Assembly: GCA_028278105.1 (NCBI GenBank)
Contig: JANQEX010000043.1
Coordinates: 1,055-65,054, forward strand
Direction of reading: 5' to 3'
Origin: Alphaproteobacteria bacterium
GTDB lineage: Bacteria > Pseudomonadota > Alphaproteobacteria > UBA9219 > RGZA01
Length of the DNA: 64,000 nucleotides
The notes beneath the pieces were generated by a model, which saw nothing but the letters and a program-made list of their open reading frames with translations, searched no databases and was not told the DNA's origin. Both the position numbers and the translations under genes were made by a program. Numbering within the stretch: position 1 is the first letter of the stretch; every line of letters begins with the position of its first letter. Below, piece by piece: positions 44,835 to 55,458 of this stretch.

Positions 44835-45599
44835 ATGCGCCATCTTCTTCCCTTTCTTCTTCTGCCCACCCTTTGCGGCGTACCGGCGCTTGCCACGGAA
44901 GCGGCGCCGCTCCGCTCGCCGGAAGGCGGCTGGCCGCATCACGGTGTTTTCGGCGCCTATGACAAGGCCGCGCTGCAACGCGGCTTTCTGGTGCACAAGC
45001 AGGTTTGCTCGGTCTGCCATTCGCTGAATCTCGTCGCCTACCGCAATCTTGCCGCGCTGGGTTATAGCGAAGACGAGATCAAGATTCTTGCCGCGCAAAA
45101 AACGGTCACCGGCGGCCCGGATGACGACGGCAACATGTTCCAGCGGCCCGCCCGCCCCTCCGATTCCTTCGTGCCACCCTTTCCCAACGACAACGCGGCG
45201 CGCGCCGCCAATAACGGCGCGCTGCCGCCGGACCTGTCCCTGATGACCAAGGCACGGCCGGGCGGCGAGGATTATGTCTATTCCCTTCTCACCGGCTATG
45301 ACGCCGCGCCGCCGCATGACCTGAAATTGTACCCCGGCATGTCCTACAATCCCTGGTTTCCGGGGGGGCAGGTCGCCATGCCGCCGCCTTTGGCCTCGGA
45401 CGATCTGGTTGCCTACGGCGACGGCACGAAGGCCACGCGCGAGCAGATGGCAAGGGACGTGACCCAGTTTCTTGCCTGGGCGGCCGAGCCGCATCTGGAA
45501 GACCGGCACCGCATCGGCATTCGCGTGATGCTGTATCTGTTGCTGATGTGCGGCGTGCTGTATATCGCCAAGCGCCGCCTCTGGCGCAGGGTTCACTGA
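44835..45599 (+). CDS. petC: Cytochrome c1
   Basis: Signal peptide, heme site CSVCHS, C-terminal TM. AGGGAGG RBS 8 nt upstream of ATG 44835. Confidence 0.85.
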   Translation: MRHLLPFLLLPTLCGVPALATEAAPLRSPEGGWPHHGVFGAYDKAALQRGFLVHKQVCSVCHSLNLVAYRNLAALGYSEDEIKILAAQKTVTGGPDDDGNMFQRPARPSDSFVPPFPNDNAARAANNGALPPDLSLMTKARPGGEDYVYSLLTGYDAAPPHDLKLYPGMSYNPWFPGGQVAMPPPLASDDLVAYGDGTKATREQMARDVTQFLAWAAEPHLEDRHRIGIRVMLYLLLMCGVLYIAKRRLWRRVH

Positions 45600-45648
45600 A
45601 CCGGAAACGTCTTTTCCGGCTTCGGGTCCCTGACCCCTGGTTTCCGAA

Positions 45649-47037
45649 TCATTCCAGCCCCGCATGCCCGGTCCTGATCGCCACCAGGGTGGAGGCCAGA
45701 TAGACAATCACCGGCGCGCGCAAGGATTCGTCGGTGCGTTCGGCGGCGCGCAGCGCGGCCTGGAAACTGCGCCGCCAGCGGCTGTCGCTGCCGCCCATGG
45801 CTTTTTCGGCGCGGGCTTTTGCCGCCAGCGTCATGGCCCGCTCGGAATCCTGCAAGGGACCGGTCATCAGGTCCATCAATTCGCCCATCCAGCCGGCCCT
45901 GTTGGGATCGTCCTCCGGCGAAGCCGCGATCAGCGCCGCCAGCGCGACGGCCTTGCGTGACGTATCGCGGGATGCGCCGATCAGTTCATGCGCCACGTCG
46001 CCGTCGCCGCGCCGGGCCAGAAGGGTGATGGCGCCCACGAAAGAGGCCGGGTCCTGTTCCACGTCGCGCGCAAGACGAAGCGCCGCTTGCGGCTCGTCCA
46101 CCATGGCGGCGGCCAGAACCAGCGCGGGCGGCGTGCCGTCCCGCGCGGAAAACATGCCGCCCTGCGGCACGATCCGGTCGTAAAGCGCGCGCGCGTCACG
46201 CTCCATCCCGCCAAGGCTCAGCGCCTGGACAACCATCCCCTTTTGCCAGTCGCAATGATTGGCTTCCGCCTCGTCGCGGATCTGGATGGCAAGGTCCCGC
46301 GCGCCGGCATCATCATCGCGCGCCGCAAGCTGCCGCAGGGATTCCAGCATGAGCGACAGCCGCCCGTCGCAATCGGCGATGCGCGCGCCCACCTGCCGGG
46401 CCTGCTCATCGGCGCCGGTCATCCGCAGGGCGCGGGCCAGCAGGGCGTAAGAATCCGGACCCGGCGCGCCGGCGCCGGCCTGGCGCAGCAACGCCATGAA
46501 CGGCAAAATCATGCTCCGGGCGCGCGCGTGCTGGCCGTTGGCGTCATAGGCCACCGCCACGCCCAGCCAGTCGGCATGGGCCTGCGTCAAAGGCAGATCA
46601 GCCGGCGGAAGCATGTTTTCGAGCCGGTAAAGGAAACAGGCCCCGGTCTGCGGGCCGGTGGCGCTGGTGATGCCGTAGCCGGAGAGGAAATCCTGCACAT
46701 TGTTGCCGCGTTCGCAGGCCAGCGCCCGGACGCGGTTTTCAAACGCGACCACATCGAAATCGCCGATCATCTGCCGGGTGGTGAGCTGCACGGCGATCAT
46801 GCTCTGCGGATGGCGCGTGATGATTTTTTTCAGGAGCTGGTCCGCATTGCGCAACAGGCGCACCGATTCCCGCGTATCATAGGTCGTGTCGGCGCGGCCG
46901 ACCTGTTGTACCGCTTCCACGAACAGGCGGTTGGCTTCGGCGTCGGCATCGGCGGCATGCAAAGGTGCTGGAAGCACCACGGCCAGCAGAAAAGCCGGCG
47001 CCAGAAAGCGCAACGGAACGGGAAAAGGCTCGAACAT
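45649..47037 (-). CDS. Hypothetical secreted protein (helical-repeat-like, Ala/Arg-rich)
   Basis: 462 aa with signal peptide MFEPFPVPLRFLAPAFLLAVVLPAPLHA. Confidence 0.4.
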   Translation of the reverse strand: MFEPFPVPLRFLAPAFLLAVVLPAPLHAADADAEANRLFVEAVQQVGRADTTYDTRESVRLLRNADQLLKKIITRHPQSMIAVQLTTRQMIGDFDVVAFENRVRALACERGNNVQDFLSGYGITSATGPQTGACFLYRLENMLPPADLPLTQAHADWLGVAVAYDANGQHARARSMILPFMALLRQAGAGAPGPDSYALLARALRMTGADEQARQVGARIADCDGRLSLMLESLRQLAARDDDAGARDLAIQIRDEAEANHCDWQKGMVVQALSLGGMERDARALYDRIVPQGGMFSARDGTPPALVLAAAMVDEPQAALRLARDVEQDPASFVGAITLLARRGDGDVAHELIGASRDTSRKAVALAALIAASPEDDPNRAGWMGELMDLMTGPLQDSERAMTLAAKARAEKAMGGSDSRWRRSFQAALRAAERTDESLRAPVIVYLASTLVAIRTGHAGLE

Positions 47038-47090
47038 GCGGCCGGGAAACTACCGGAAATCCGAAAATCCCTCAAGGCCGGAGCAGATCG

Positions 47091-47936
47091 TTACGCAAAC
47101 GGAGGATTGGAGAGAAGATGATCCAACTCCCTGGCCAGCAAGAGGGCAATGCGCCGGCGCTGGGCGGGATTGGACAAAAGGGCCTCATCGGACGGGTTCG
47201 ACAAAAAGCCTGTCTCAATCAGGAGCGAGGGCACGTCCGGCGCGCGCAGCACGGCGAAATTGGCGGCGCGCATGGGATTTTCCAGCAGCCGCCATTTGCG
47301 CGACACGCCACGGACAATGGCGCGCTTTGCCTTCAAGGCGGCGTTGCGGGTGTGGCGGGCGGTCAGGTCCATGAGGATTTTCGCCACATCCGGCTCGGTG
47401 TTCTTCAGATCCACCCCGCCGACCTCGTCCACGCTGTTCTCGCGCCTGGCAAGCTCGCGGGCAAAGTCGTCGGTGCCCTTGGCGGAAAGGCTGTAAGCCG
47501 AAAGCCCGCGGGCGCTGCGGGTCGGCGCGCTGTCGGCATGGATCGACACGAACAAATCGGCGCGCGCCTCGCGGGCAATCGCCACCCGGTCGGCCAGGGG
47601 CAGGAACTCGTCCGTCTCGCGGGTGCGGCGGGTGACGACGCCGGCTTTTTTCTCCAGCGCCGCGGCAAGCCGGGCGGTGATGTCCAGCGTCACGTCTTTC
47701 TCAAGCGTGCCCTTCTTCACGCCAACCGCGCCGGGATCGCGGCCGCCATGACCGGGATCGATCATCAGCAGGCGCGGCGGCTTCGGCTTGTGGCCAGGCT
47801 TCGGGCGTCTGGCCGCCCAGGCAAGCGGCGCCTGAAACAGCATCCCCGCCACCAGTCCGCCGCCAAGAGCCAGTACGCGGCGGCGGGTGACAAGGCGCAA
47901 AGCGCCCCGCGCAAAATCCGGGATTTCGTCAGACAT
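47091..47936 (-). CDS. N-acetylmuramoyl-L-alanine amidase (AmiC-like) with Tat signal
   Basis: Twin-arginine motif LVTRRRVLALGGG. Amidase_3 motifs IDPGHGGRDPGA and LFVSIHADS. The ORF-track start at 48008 adds 24 aa upstream. Confidence 0.8.
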   Translation of the reverse strand: MSDEIPDFARGALRLVTRRRVLALGGGLVAGMLFQAPLAWAARRPKPGHKPKPPRLLMIDPGHGGRDPGAVGVKKGTLEKDVTLDITARLAAALEKKAGVVTRRTRETDEFLPLADRVAIAREARADLFVSIHADSAPTRSARGLSAYSLSAKGTDDFARELARRENSVDEVGGVDLKNTEPDVAKILMDLTARHTRNAALKAKRAIVRGVSRKWRLLENPMRAANFAVLRAPDVPSLLIETGFLSNPSDEALLSNPAQRRRIALLLARELDHLLSNPPFA

Positions 47937-48145
47937 GAACAGCGACCCGAAGAGTCCGGTGATTCGTGCCGATCTTGCCAAGAACGGCCCCTTGCGGCAA
48001 TTCCGCAATCATGCCCGCGAAGCTTGCGGAAATCATGGCGCATGCGACGAAACGCTTCTTAACGCTTTTTTAGCGAATGGCTTCTGTTTTTGCGTGACAA
48101 TTTTTGTTTTTCGCGCGCGGGACCGGCGTGTTGTAATCTGCGCTC

Positions 48146-48949
48146 ATGCGGGAAAACCGAAGCCTCCTCCTTCCTGTCCTGCTGGCGGCGCTGACGGCCG
48201 TCCCGGCATCCCTATGGGCCATCACCATCGGCTGCAACGAATACCGGCCGGCCACCATCGAGGTTCGCCCGGTTTTTCAGGAGGTCGATTACGAATTCCG
48301 CCAGCCCATGATGCGGATCCGCGACATCGCCGACGCGGACCAGGCGGGCGCGCAGCCGGAAAGCTGGCCGGTGGGCCTTGCGACGGGCCAGCTCTACATG
48401 AGCATCACGCAGGACATCTACAAAAGCCGCGCCGCCTATGATCCCAACACCTGCGGCCAGATCAAGGCCATTCGCATCGAACTCGGCTTCATCAACAACA
48501 AGATCTACGTGGCGCGGGAGTTTCCGCGCCGCTCCTGCCCGTACAAGGTCGTTCTGGCGCATGAGGAAAAGCACAAGACCGTCGACCGGGTCCTTCTGCG
48601 CGAATACGCCACCAAGGCAAGAAGTTATTTTGCGGAGGTGGCGAAGGGAATCGGCGTTCTGCGGCATCCGTCCGGCGCCGCGATTGACACGCAGATCGCC
48701 GCGGTGGTCAACGAGGCGATGGACGGCTTCAGCAGCGAGATGGAAAGCGAGCGGCGCCGGCGCCAGAAGGAGGTCGACAGCGACGAGGAATACGCCCGCA
48801 TCACCGCCAGTTGCGACGGTCTGCTGATGCAGGTGGTTCACGACCGCCTGGAACTGCTGGAAGAAACCCTGCCCGGCTTCGGCAAGAACCTGTCGCACCA
48901 CAAGCGCCTGCGCGGCCGCGCCACGGAGGGCACGCAAACGCCGCGGTAG
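48146..48949 (+). CDS. Hypothetical secreted protein with HExxH motif (possible DUF922-type Zn peptidase)
   Basis: Signal peptide. LAHEEKHKTVD contains HEEKH. Confidence 0.35.
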   Translation: MRENRSLLLPVLLAALTAVPASLWAITIGCNEYRPATIEVRPVFQEVDYEFRQPMMRIRDIADADQAGAQPESWPVGLATGQLYMSITQDIYKSRAAYDPNTCGQIKAIRIELGFINNKIYVAREFPRRSCPYKVVLAHEEKHKTVDRVLLREYATKARSYFAEVAKGIGVLRHPSGAAIDTQIAAVVNEAMDGFSSEMESERRRRQKEVDSDEEYARITASCDGLLMQVVHDRLELLEETLPGFGKNLSHHKRLRGRATEGTQTPR

Positions 48950-49035
48950 CTGCTATAACCGATTCCAGAAATATTTTTGCTGCATCAGGAAACCCGCCCC
49001 TCTTCCCACAAGGAAGAGGCAAGGCGGAACGTGAC

Positions 49036-49105
49036 AGAGTCACAAGGGTCATGAGGGTTTTTGTTTACGACCCCCCTTGACCCTTGTGACCCTCATGGCC
49101 CTTTC
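49036..49105. repeat. REP-like hairpin (GGGTCATGAGGGT family)
   Basis: cacaagggtcatgagggtttttgtttacgaccccccttgacccttgtgaccctcatggccc. Confidence 0.55.
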
Positions 49106-49141
49106 GCAAAATCCTGTTTCTTTACTCCCTTCGGTCAGGCC

Positions 49142-49435
49142 TCAGGCCCACACGCCCAGAACCGCCGTGGTTTCCGCCGCCGCAACCGCCTCAACGCCTT
49201 CGGGAAGAACGGGAGCCGTTTCACTGCGAATGCTTATGTAATAATAATCCGGGTCGCCGCAGGCTGGTATCTCCACCGCCTCGCCATCGTCCCCCGTCAG
49301 GGTCATGGCCGGCGTTCCGGCCCGCGGGCCAAGCACATTGGGGTAGGCGGCGGCGAAAGCCAGCGCTTGCAGGTTTTGCGTCTTGGCGTGCGTATCGATC
49401 ATGTTTCCTCCTGAAGCGGTTCCGGGTTCAGGCAT
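49142..49435 (-). CDS. Small hypothetical protein
   Basis: 97-aa ORF with no motif. Coding status uncertain. Confidence 0.25.
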   Translation of the reverse strand: MPEPGTASGGNMIDTHAKTQNLQALAFAAAYPNVLGPRAGTPAMTLTGDDGEAVEIPACGDPDYYYISIRSETAPVLPEGVEAVAAAETTAVLGVWA

Positions 49436-49501
49436 GTTATATGCCCTCGCCTGTTCTTCCGGCAGGGCTTTCCGTTCTGTAAAAAAATTTCTTTAAAAAA
49501 C

Positions 49502-51106
49502 TTATTCCGGCTTTTCCATGAAATCCGGCAGATGGGCGGGCAGCCGGGGCCGCAGCAGGCCGAAAAACGCGGCCAGCCGCGCATCAACCGCCGCCGCTTC
49601 CTCGTCCGGCAATACGGGCGTGGTCAGGCGCAAGAGCGCCGTGTCGGTCCGGCCGGTGGTCAGCGCGTTCACCAGGCTGCGTCCTTTCACCTCCAGGCTC
49701 CGGGCCATGTTTTTTCCGCCCTGCGCGAACCAGTAATAGACGAGTTGACGCTTTTCCCCCTTGCGGATCAGGGCGCGGTTGACCGGGATTTCTTCCCCGC
49801 CCGCCAGTTTCATGCGCGCAACGGAGGAGACAAGAATTTCCCACCCGTCTCCCGGAATGCACATGTCCGGCGAATGAAGCTTGTGGCTGCCGCGCTGCGT
49901 TTCGTAATAGCCGATGAATATCCGCACCGGTGTTTGATTTTGATGACGGTAGGTCCTGTCCAGATAGTCGGAAAGACGCAGAAGCTCGCGCTCGGCCGCG
50001 CTGAGCCCGTGCGCGGTTCCGCGCCAGCCGCCGATCTCCGCCGGGAACGCCGCAAAGGGCAAACGCGGGGGGATCACCGCGTCTTTCGGCGCCAGCATCC
50101 CCGCGGCCTGCCCGGCGGCGATGCAGGAAAACAGGACAAGCAGCGCAAGAAAAACGCCGCCCGTCTTCGGCGGTGATGCAAAAAAAGGCCCGCGCGGCAT
50201 GGACAGCACGCGGGCGTCCAGCCCGCCGCCCCGCGCGCCGATCCGGTGAAGCAGCAAGGCTTCGCCCATGAGCAACAGCACGCAAACCGAAAAAACAACC
50301 CAGCCCTCAAGATCATGCAAGAGCCCTTCCGCCGCGCCGATGCCCCACAGATCGACCGTCGCCCCCACCAGCACGATGCGCAGGACATTCAGCAGCAGCG
50401 CCAGCGGAATGGCCGAAAGAAACACGACCGCGCGTTTCCACAACGCATCCCGAAAACAGTAAGCCACAAGATAGCTGAAGCCCAGCAAGGGAAAGATATA
50501 GCGGAGCCCGCTGCAGGCCTCGACCACCTGGAGCCTGTAAACGCCAAGATCAATGACATTGCCCTCCTGATAGGCCGTGAAGCCCAGGAGTTGCAGCGCC
50601 TCCGTGCCGAGAGCCGAAGAAAATAGCTGAAGTTTCGCCGAAAGGCCGATGTAAAGCGTGGTCGGCAGCGGAATGGCGAAGAACAGATAGGCCAGCACCG
50701 GCAACAGGCGGACAAAAACAGTCCCGCCCAGAACCGTCCAGACCACGCCAAGCAGCGCGATGAAAAACCCGTATTGCGGAAAGACCGTCATGCCGGAAAG
50801 CCTTCCGGCCAGATGCAGGCCAAGGCCAAGCCCCACCAGCGCCAGCCCCCATCCCGATTCCTTCGGCGCCGGGGGTTTTTCGGCCAGGCGGTGCAGCGCA
50901 AGCAGAAGGGCCAGCGGCGGCACCAGCCAGGCATGGCTGTATTCTTCCTTGCCCCATGCGGCGACAATGTCCGCCACGGGTTCCCAAAAAATAAAGCCCG
51001 CCAGCAAGACCGGCAGGGTCGGCACGATGTATTTACAGACGCTATGATGAAAGGGCGACGGGACAGGGCGCACGATCTGGCAGCCTTCTGGAAAGGTTCC
51101 GAACAA
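49502..51106 (-). CDS. Exosortase fused to an EpsI-like C-terminal domain
   Basis: Polytopic N-terminal half with VVEACSGLRY motif and conserved Arg/Asn block LNVLRIVLVG. About 200-aa soluble C-terminal domain. Exact start uncertain. Confidence 0.7.
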   Translation of the reverse strand: MFGTFPEGCQIVRPVPSPFHHSVCKYIVPTLPVLLAGFIFWEPVADIVAAWGKEEYSHAWLVPPLALLLALHRLAEKPPAPKESGWGLALVGLGLGLHLAGRLSGMTVFPQYGFFIALLGVVWTVLGGTVFVRLLPVLAYLFFAIPLPTTLYIGLSAKLQLFSSALGTEALQLLGFTAYQEGNVIDLGVYRLQVVEACSGLRYIFPLLGFSYLVAYCFRDALWKRAVVFLSAIPLALLLNVLRIVLVGATVDLWGIGAAEGLLHDLEGWVVFSVCVLLLMGEALLLHRIGARGGGLDARVLSMPRGPFFASPPKTGGVFLALLVLFSCIAAGQAAGMLAPKDAVIPPRLPFAAFPAEIGGWRGTAHGLSAAERELLRLSDYLDRTYRHQNQTPVRIFIGYYETQRGSHKLHSPDMCIPGDGWEILVSSVARMKLAGGEEIPVNRALIRKGEKRQLVYYWFAQGGKNMARSLEVKGRSLVNALTTGRTDTALLRLTTPVLPDEEAAAVDARLAAFFGLLRPRLPAHLPDFMEKPE

Positions 51107-51195
51107 AAGGACTGCTCACCCCGGTCGCCGGGAAGGCGGGGACCGGAATGAGCAATCTTTGCTTTCCGAATGGGTTTTTCAGCATACCACCCCGC

Positions 51196-52116
51196 CTATT
51201 CCTTCCCTGCCGCGGCTTTCCATTCCGGCCTTTGCCAGACACGCACATAATCCACCAGCATGTCCGACGGCGCATCGCTCGTGCGCGTCTCCGCCTTGCT
51301 ATAGGCAAGGTCCACCAGCATGAAGACCGGCTTTTTGAATTCGGGCAGGGTGCGGAAGCGGAAGACCTCCTTGCGGTCGAAATACATGATGACAAGCTCC
51401 GGCGTGATCTCCGCCCCATAGGTGTGAAACTGCCCGTCGAACAGCCCGCCGGGAATCCGGCGGTAGCAGCCTTCGGACCAATGCTTTTGCAGGGCGTCCG
51501 GCTTCCGGTGTTTTTCGGCGGCGGGCCAAAGATGCACGGCGCCGTGATAGCCGTGCAGGTCGTTGCCGCCATAGGCCTCGATGACGTCGATCTCCACCCG
51601 CGTTTCGGAAGGCGCGGTGTACTGGTTGACCGTCTTCAACCAGAAAGCCGGCCAGTTCGACTGGCCTTTCGGGAACAGCGCCCGCATCTCGAAATAGCCG
51701 TAGCTCTGGGTAAAGCCCTGCCCTTTCGCGTTCACGCTTTGCATCAACCCGGAATACCATCTTCCGTTCCGCTTGCTCATGCGGATTTTCAGATAGCCGC
51801 CGCTGTAGAAAAAAGGGCTGAACGGTTCATCGGGCCGCAGGAATTTCGCGCCGCCAAAACCGCCATGCATCGGCGCATACCAGGGGCCCTTGCCTTCGGG
51901 CGGGGTAATGCTGGGGCGCAGAAACTCATCCTCGAAGGTCACCCGCGCGCCCGAAAGATCCAGCGGCCTTCCGGTCCGCGATTTGTCGCATGCGTAATCC
52001 GCAAGCGCGGCCGGGCCGGTTTCCTGGGCGGCCAGGGCCGGCGCGGGCAAAAATGCCAAACCCGCCGCGAGGCCGGCCAGCATCACAATCACTGCTTTCC
52101 GCTCATATGTTTTCAT
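51196..52116 (-). CDS. Glycoside hydrolase family 16 (secreted beta-glucanase-like)
   Basis: Signal peptide. GH16 catalytic motif EIDVIE. Confidence 0.8.
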   Translation of the reverse strand: MKTYERKAVIVMLAGLAAGLAFLPAPALAAQETGPAALADYACDKSRTGRPLDLSGARVTFEDEFLRPSITPPEGKGPWYAPMHGGFGGAKFLRPDEPFSPFFYSGGYLKIRMSKRNGRWYSGLMQSVNAKGQGFTQSYGYFEMRALFPKGQSNWPAFWLKTVNQYTAPSETRVEIDVIEAYGGNDLHGYHGAVHLWPAAEKHRKPDALQKHWSEGCYRRIPGGLFDGQFHTYGAEITPELVIMYFDRKEVFRFRTLPEFKKPVFMLVDLAYSKAETRTSDAPSDMLVDYVRVWQRPEWKAAAGKE

Positions 52117-53405
52117 GGCGCGGCCTTTGAACGTTTCTCAGGGGACAACAACCGGGGCGCCAGGTTCCTTCCCAGCGCCGCGGCATGAAAGCCGAAAAGC
52201 AGGATGATTGCCAGCATCAGCGAATTCAACGCCTCGGCCGCCATAAAGGGAAGCATGAACACAAGGACATATAAAGGCAATTTATCCCGCGATGCGGCGG
52301 CAAGCCCGCCTTTCGCGCGCACATGACGCATCACATTTCGCGTAACGCAGAAGAAATAACAAAGCGCCACAAGGATGCCGGCAATGCCGTTTTCAACCGG
52401 CACCCGGTTGATTTCGCCGTGAACATTGGACGTCAGGCCATAATTGTTCATGCCGCCGAACTGTTTGGTGGCCCAGGCCTGATATCCCGTGGCCCCCAGC
52501 CCGAAAAGCGGATGGGCCAAAAACTGCTCGCGGGCGTTCCGGTTTACGAATTGCCGGATGGCGTCGCTGTGATAGCCGATATCGCGCTTTGCATACAGTT
52601 CCTCCATCGTCGCCTGTCTTTGCATTTCAAAAACGCTCATCACCCGCCCGCGGACATAATTGTCCTCCGGGCTTGCGATGACGAAAAAAGCGAGCGCCCC
52701 CAACGCCGCCACGGGCACAAGAATTTTGCTGACGGGCTTCGCGTTGGACAGCATGAAAAGCAGCGCCAGCACCGCGTAGGCCTTGCGCTCGCCCGACACC
52801 AGGACGATGCCGGCGAAAGCGCCCAGCATCAGCAGCCAGACGGCCGGACCCCATCGCGCCCGGATCTGGTCTTCCTGCGCGAAAAGCAGCACCGGCAGAA
52901 AGGAGAGGACGATCTTGGTGTGGTAAAGCGTTTTCCAGCCGGTATAGTGGTGGATCGACAGGTGATAGATGACCAGATGCATCAGAACGCAAACCAGCAG
53001 CACGGTCAGCTTGCGCAAAAAGGACTGAACCTGTTCGGGCGGCAGGCGCGAGAAATGCCGCGCCACGGAAAGGCTTGCGAAAAGCAACAGAAAAAACTGG
53101 CTGGCGCGGTAAAGCCCCTCATGCGGGCTCACCTGAAACGCCGTCACGGTCGCAAGCGCCACGTAGAGAATGGCGAAAAAGCCCGTGACCGAATAGTGAA
53201 AGCGGGTTCCCACGGCGCTGAACAGGCCAAGCAGCGCCATGACCGCCAGCAGGGCCACGCCCAAAACCGCCAGCTTGTAGATGAGGCACAGGACAAATCC
53301 CAGGCAGCACCATTCCAGCGCCGAGCCCGCCAGCGTCTTCGCGGGCCGGACCGGAGCCGGACGCGGCGCAGCGCCTCCCCATTGTTTCGTCGAGCCCAAA
53401 AGCAT
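52113..53405 (-). CDS. O-antigen ligase/polymerase-family (Wzy-like) polytopic membrane protein
   Basis: 430 aa with more than 10 TM helices and a periplasmic loop. Confidence 0.55.
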   Translation of the reverse strand: MLLGSTKQWGGAAPRPAPVRPAKTLAGSALEWCCLGFVLCLIYKLAVLGVALLAVMALLGLFSAVGTRFHYSVTGFFAILYVALATVTAFQVSPHEGLYRASQFFLLLFASLSVARHFSRLPPEQVQSFLRKLTVLLVCVLMHLVIYHLSIHHYTGWKTLYHTKIVLSFLPVLLFAQEDQIRARWGPAVWLLMLGAFAGIVLVSGERKAYAVLALLFMLSNAKPVSKILVPVAALGALAFFVIASPEDNYVRGRVMSVFEMQRQATMEELYAKRDIGYHSDAIRQFVNRNAREQFLAHPLFGLGATGYQAWATKQFGGMNNYGLTSNVHGEINRVPVENGIAGILVALCYFFCVTRNVMRHVRAKGGLAAASRDKLPLYVLVFMLPFMAAEALNSLMLAIILLFGFHAAALGRNLAPRLLSPEKRSKAAP

Positions 53406-54529
53406 TACAGCAACCGTCCGGTCAGTCGCGAAAGCTGCCGGCGAACCACTTCTTCCGAATAGCGGGCGGCGATGTTCCGCGCGGCATTTTGCCCGATTTT
53501 ATGCCGGAGTTCCTCGTCACGATAGAGCCTTGTCATTCCGGCGGCCACGGCCCCGGCCGATCCTTCGCTCAGGTGCCAGGCATCAACCCCATGCGTGGAA
53601 TAATCGCCGATACCGCCCACGGGCAGGGCCAGAACCGGCAGGCCCGCCATCATCGCCTCGGCCACGGCAATGCAAAACCCCTCACGCTTGCTGACATGAA
53701 CAAGGGCGTCATATCCGGCCGCGCGCCGCCACCATTGTTCCACAAATCCCTTGAAGACGACGCGGCTGCCGAGACCCAGCGCGCGCACCCGTGTGCGCAG
53801 TTCTTCTTCATCGGGCCCGGTTCCAAAAAGGGTCAGGGTGATATCCAGCCCCTCCCGTTCCAGCCGTTCCAGCGCGCGAAAGACAAGCTCATGCCTTTTG
53901 CTTTTCACCAGCCGCCCCGTCATGGCCAGCCGGAAGGGCGGCGTGAAGCGATAATCATTCTTGACCCAAGCGCCTTCCGTGGCGCGGAACAGGGGCACGA
54001 TGGCGGTAGGGCGTTTTTTGCTGCCGGGGTAAAGCTTGCGCGTTTCTTCAAGCGTGGCATGGCAATCGGCCCAGATTTCGTCCACCCGGAAAGACAGAAG
54101 CCCCAGGAGCGCCTGATAGACGAAGGGGATTTTCTTCTCGTCCAGCCACGCACTGTGCTCGAAACAGATGCAATAAACTTTCGGGAAAAGGCACAGCACC
54201 GCGCGGCCAACGATATTGGACTGCTTCAGGGAAAGGACGGCCAGCTTTGGGCGAAAGCGCATCACCGTGCCGAATAAAATAACGGCGCCGCGCAACAATG
54301 CGCCCACGCTTAACCGCATCCCCTTCGTCCCAACGGTCACCCGGTCCTTGCCCACAAGGCGGGTTATGCGGTCTTCCAGGCCCGCATCGCCTTCCACAAA
54401 GGCGAAGATGCGGAAATCGGCCTCTTTCATGAAGCCCGCTTCCAGCAATGCCGCGAGGCCCAGTTCCGCCCCGCCGGCGTGGAAGCCGTTCAACACATAT
54501 AAAGCCCGGCTTTTTGCGGCGGTATTCAT
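53405..54529 (-). CDS. Glycosyltransferase family 4
   Basis: EGFCIAVAEAMMAGLPV (EX7E-like). Start ATG at 54529 overlaps the upstream TGA. The ORF-track version (to 55174) is a spurious N-terminal extension. Confidence 0.8.
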   Translation of the reverse strand: MNTAAKSRALYVLNGFHAGGAELGLAALLEAGFMKEADFRIFAFVEGDAGLEDRITRLVGKDRVTVGTKGMRLSVGALLRGAVILFGTVMRFRPKLAVLSLKQSNIVGRAVLCLFPKVYCICFEHSAWLDEKKIPFVYQALLGLLSFRVDEIWADCHATLEETRKLYPGSKKRPTAIVPLFRATEGAWVKNDYRFTPPFRLAMTGRLVKSKRHELVFRALERLEREGLDITLTLFGTGPDEEELRTRVRALGLGSRVVFKGFVEQWWRRAAGYDALVHVSKREGFCIAVAEAMMAGLPVLALPVGGIGDYSTHGVDAWHLSEGSAGAVAAGMTRLYRDEELRHKIGQNAARNIAARYSEEVVRRQLSRLTGRLL

Positions 54530-55458
54530 GCCGCCGCCTGCCTGCGCCGGATAATCCGGTCGCGGATGCCGCCAAGCGGAACGCCCGCATAAAGCGCAAG
54601 ACAGGACAGCCATGCCAGAACGGAGAAGGGATTCAGGCTCGCCGCCATGCGGTAATGGCCGAGCGCCTCCTCCCTCTGCCTGTCGCCAATCGCCGCGTTG
54701 CCCAGCTTGCGCGCGGCGCGGGAAAGACGCCGGGGAACAAGGGAAGCCAGGCGGGGATTGCGCGCCGCAATCAAGAATGTCACCTGGGCCTGATGCGCCA
54801 TCATGCCCTGCCGCCGCGCCGTGACGGCGTCCGCATGGCGGCGCTTGTGAACGAGGACCTCGGATAAAAAGGCAAAGCGCGTCCGGCCCGCGAGGCGGGC
54901 ATAAAATTCCGTGTCCTCGAACATGCGCAGCGTTGCGTCGTAGCCTCCCGTCTTTTCGAAGACCGCGCGGTTGACCATGATGGTGGAGGTGATGGGCCCG
55001 TCCCTGGTGAAATAGGCCTTTTCCAGATCGGGCGCGTGCGAAAGATCGGCCACGGCGGCCGGGCGGGGCGTGGGATCCGCCTCGCCAAAATAGGCAAGGC
55101 CGGTATAGATCAGGCCCGCCTCCGGCCGGGCGGCGATCCGCGCCTGTTGCCGTTCCAATTTTTCCGGCAACCACAGATCATCGCCATCCAGCATGGCGAT
55201 CCACTCGCCGCCGCAACGCGCGGCGGCAAGATTGCGGTTGGCGGCCGCGCCTTTTCCTTTTTCATATATAATTTCGATGCGCGGGTCTTTTCGGGCGATT
55301 GCGGCCAGAGCGTCCCGCGTATCGGGCCTTGAGCCGTCGTCCACGATCACGATTTTCTCAATGAGGTCCGCGCGGGTCTGTGTCAGTACGCTGTCCACCG
55401 CGGCTCCGATATAGGGGCCTTCGTTGAAGCAGGTCATGATCACGCCGACGGACGTCAT
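54526..55458 (-). CDS. Glycosyltransferase family 2
   Basis: VIMTCFNEGPYI...IVDDGS...LDGDD motifs. Confidence 0.8.
   Translation of the reverse strand: MTSVGVIMTCFNEGPYIGAAVDSVLTQTRADLIEKIVIVDDGSRPDTRDALAAIARKDPRIEIIYEKGKGAAANRNLAAARCGGEWIAMLDGDDLWLPEKLERQQARIAARPEAGLIYTGLAYFGEADPTPRPAAVADLSHAPDLEKAYFTRDGPITSTIMVNRAVFEKTGGYDATLRMFEDTEFYARLAGRTRFAFLSEVLVHKRRHADAVTARRQGMMAHQAQVTFLIAARNPRLASLVPRRLSRAARKLGNAAIGDRQREEALGHYRMAASLNPFSVLAWLSCLALYAGVPLGGIRDRIIRRRQAAA

Noticed and set aside
53405-55174. 589-aa version of the GT4 gene
   Set aside because: The N-terminal 215 aa are an Arg/Gly/Pro-rich extension overlapping the GT2 gene. The true start is the ATG at 54529, coupled to the upstream stop.
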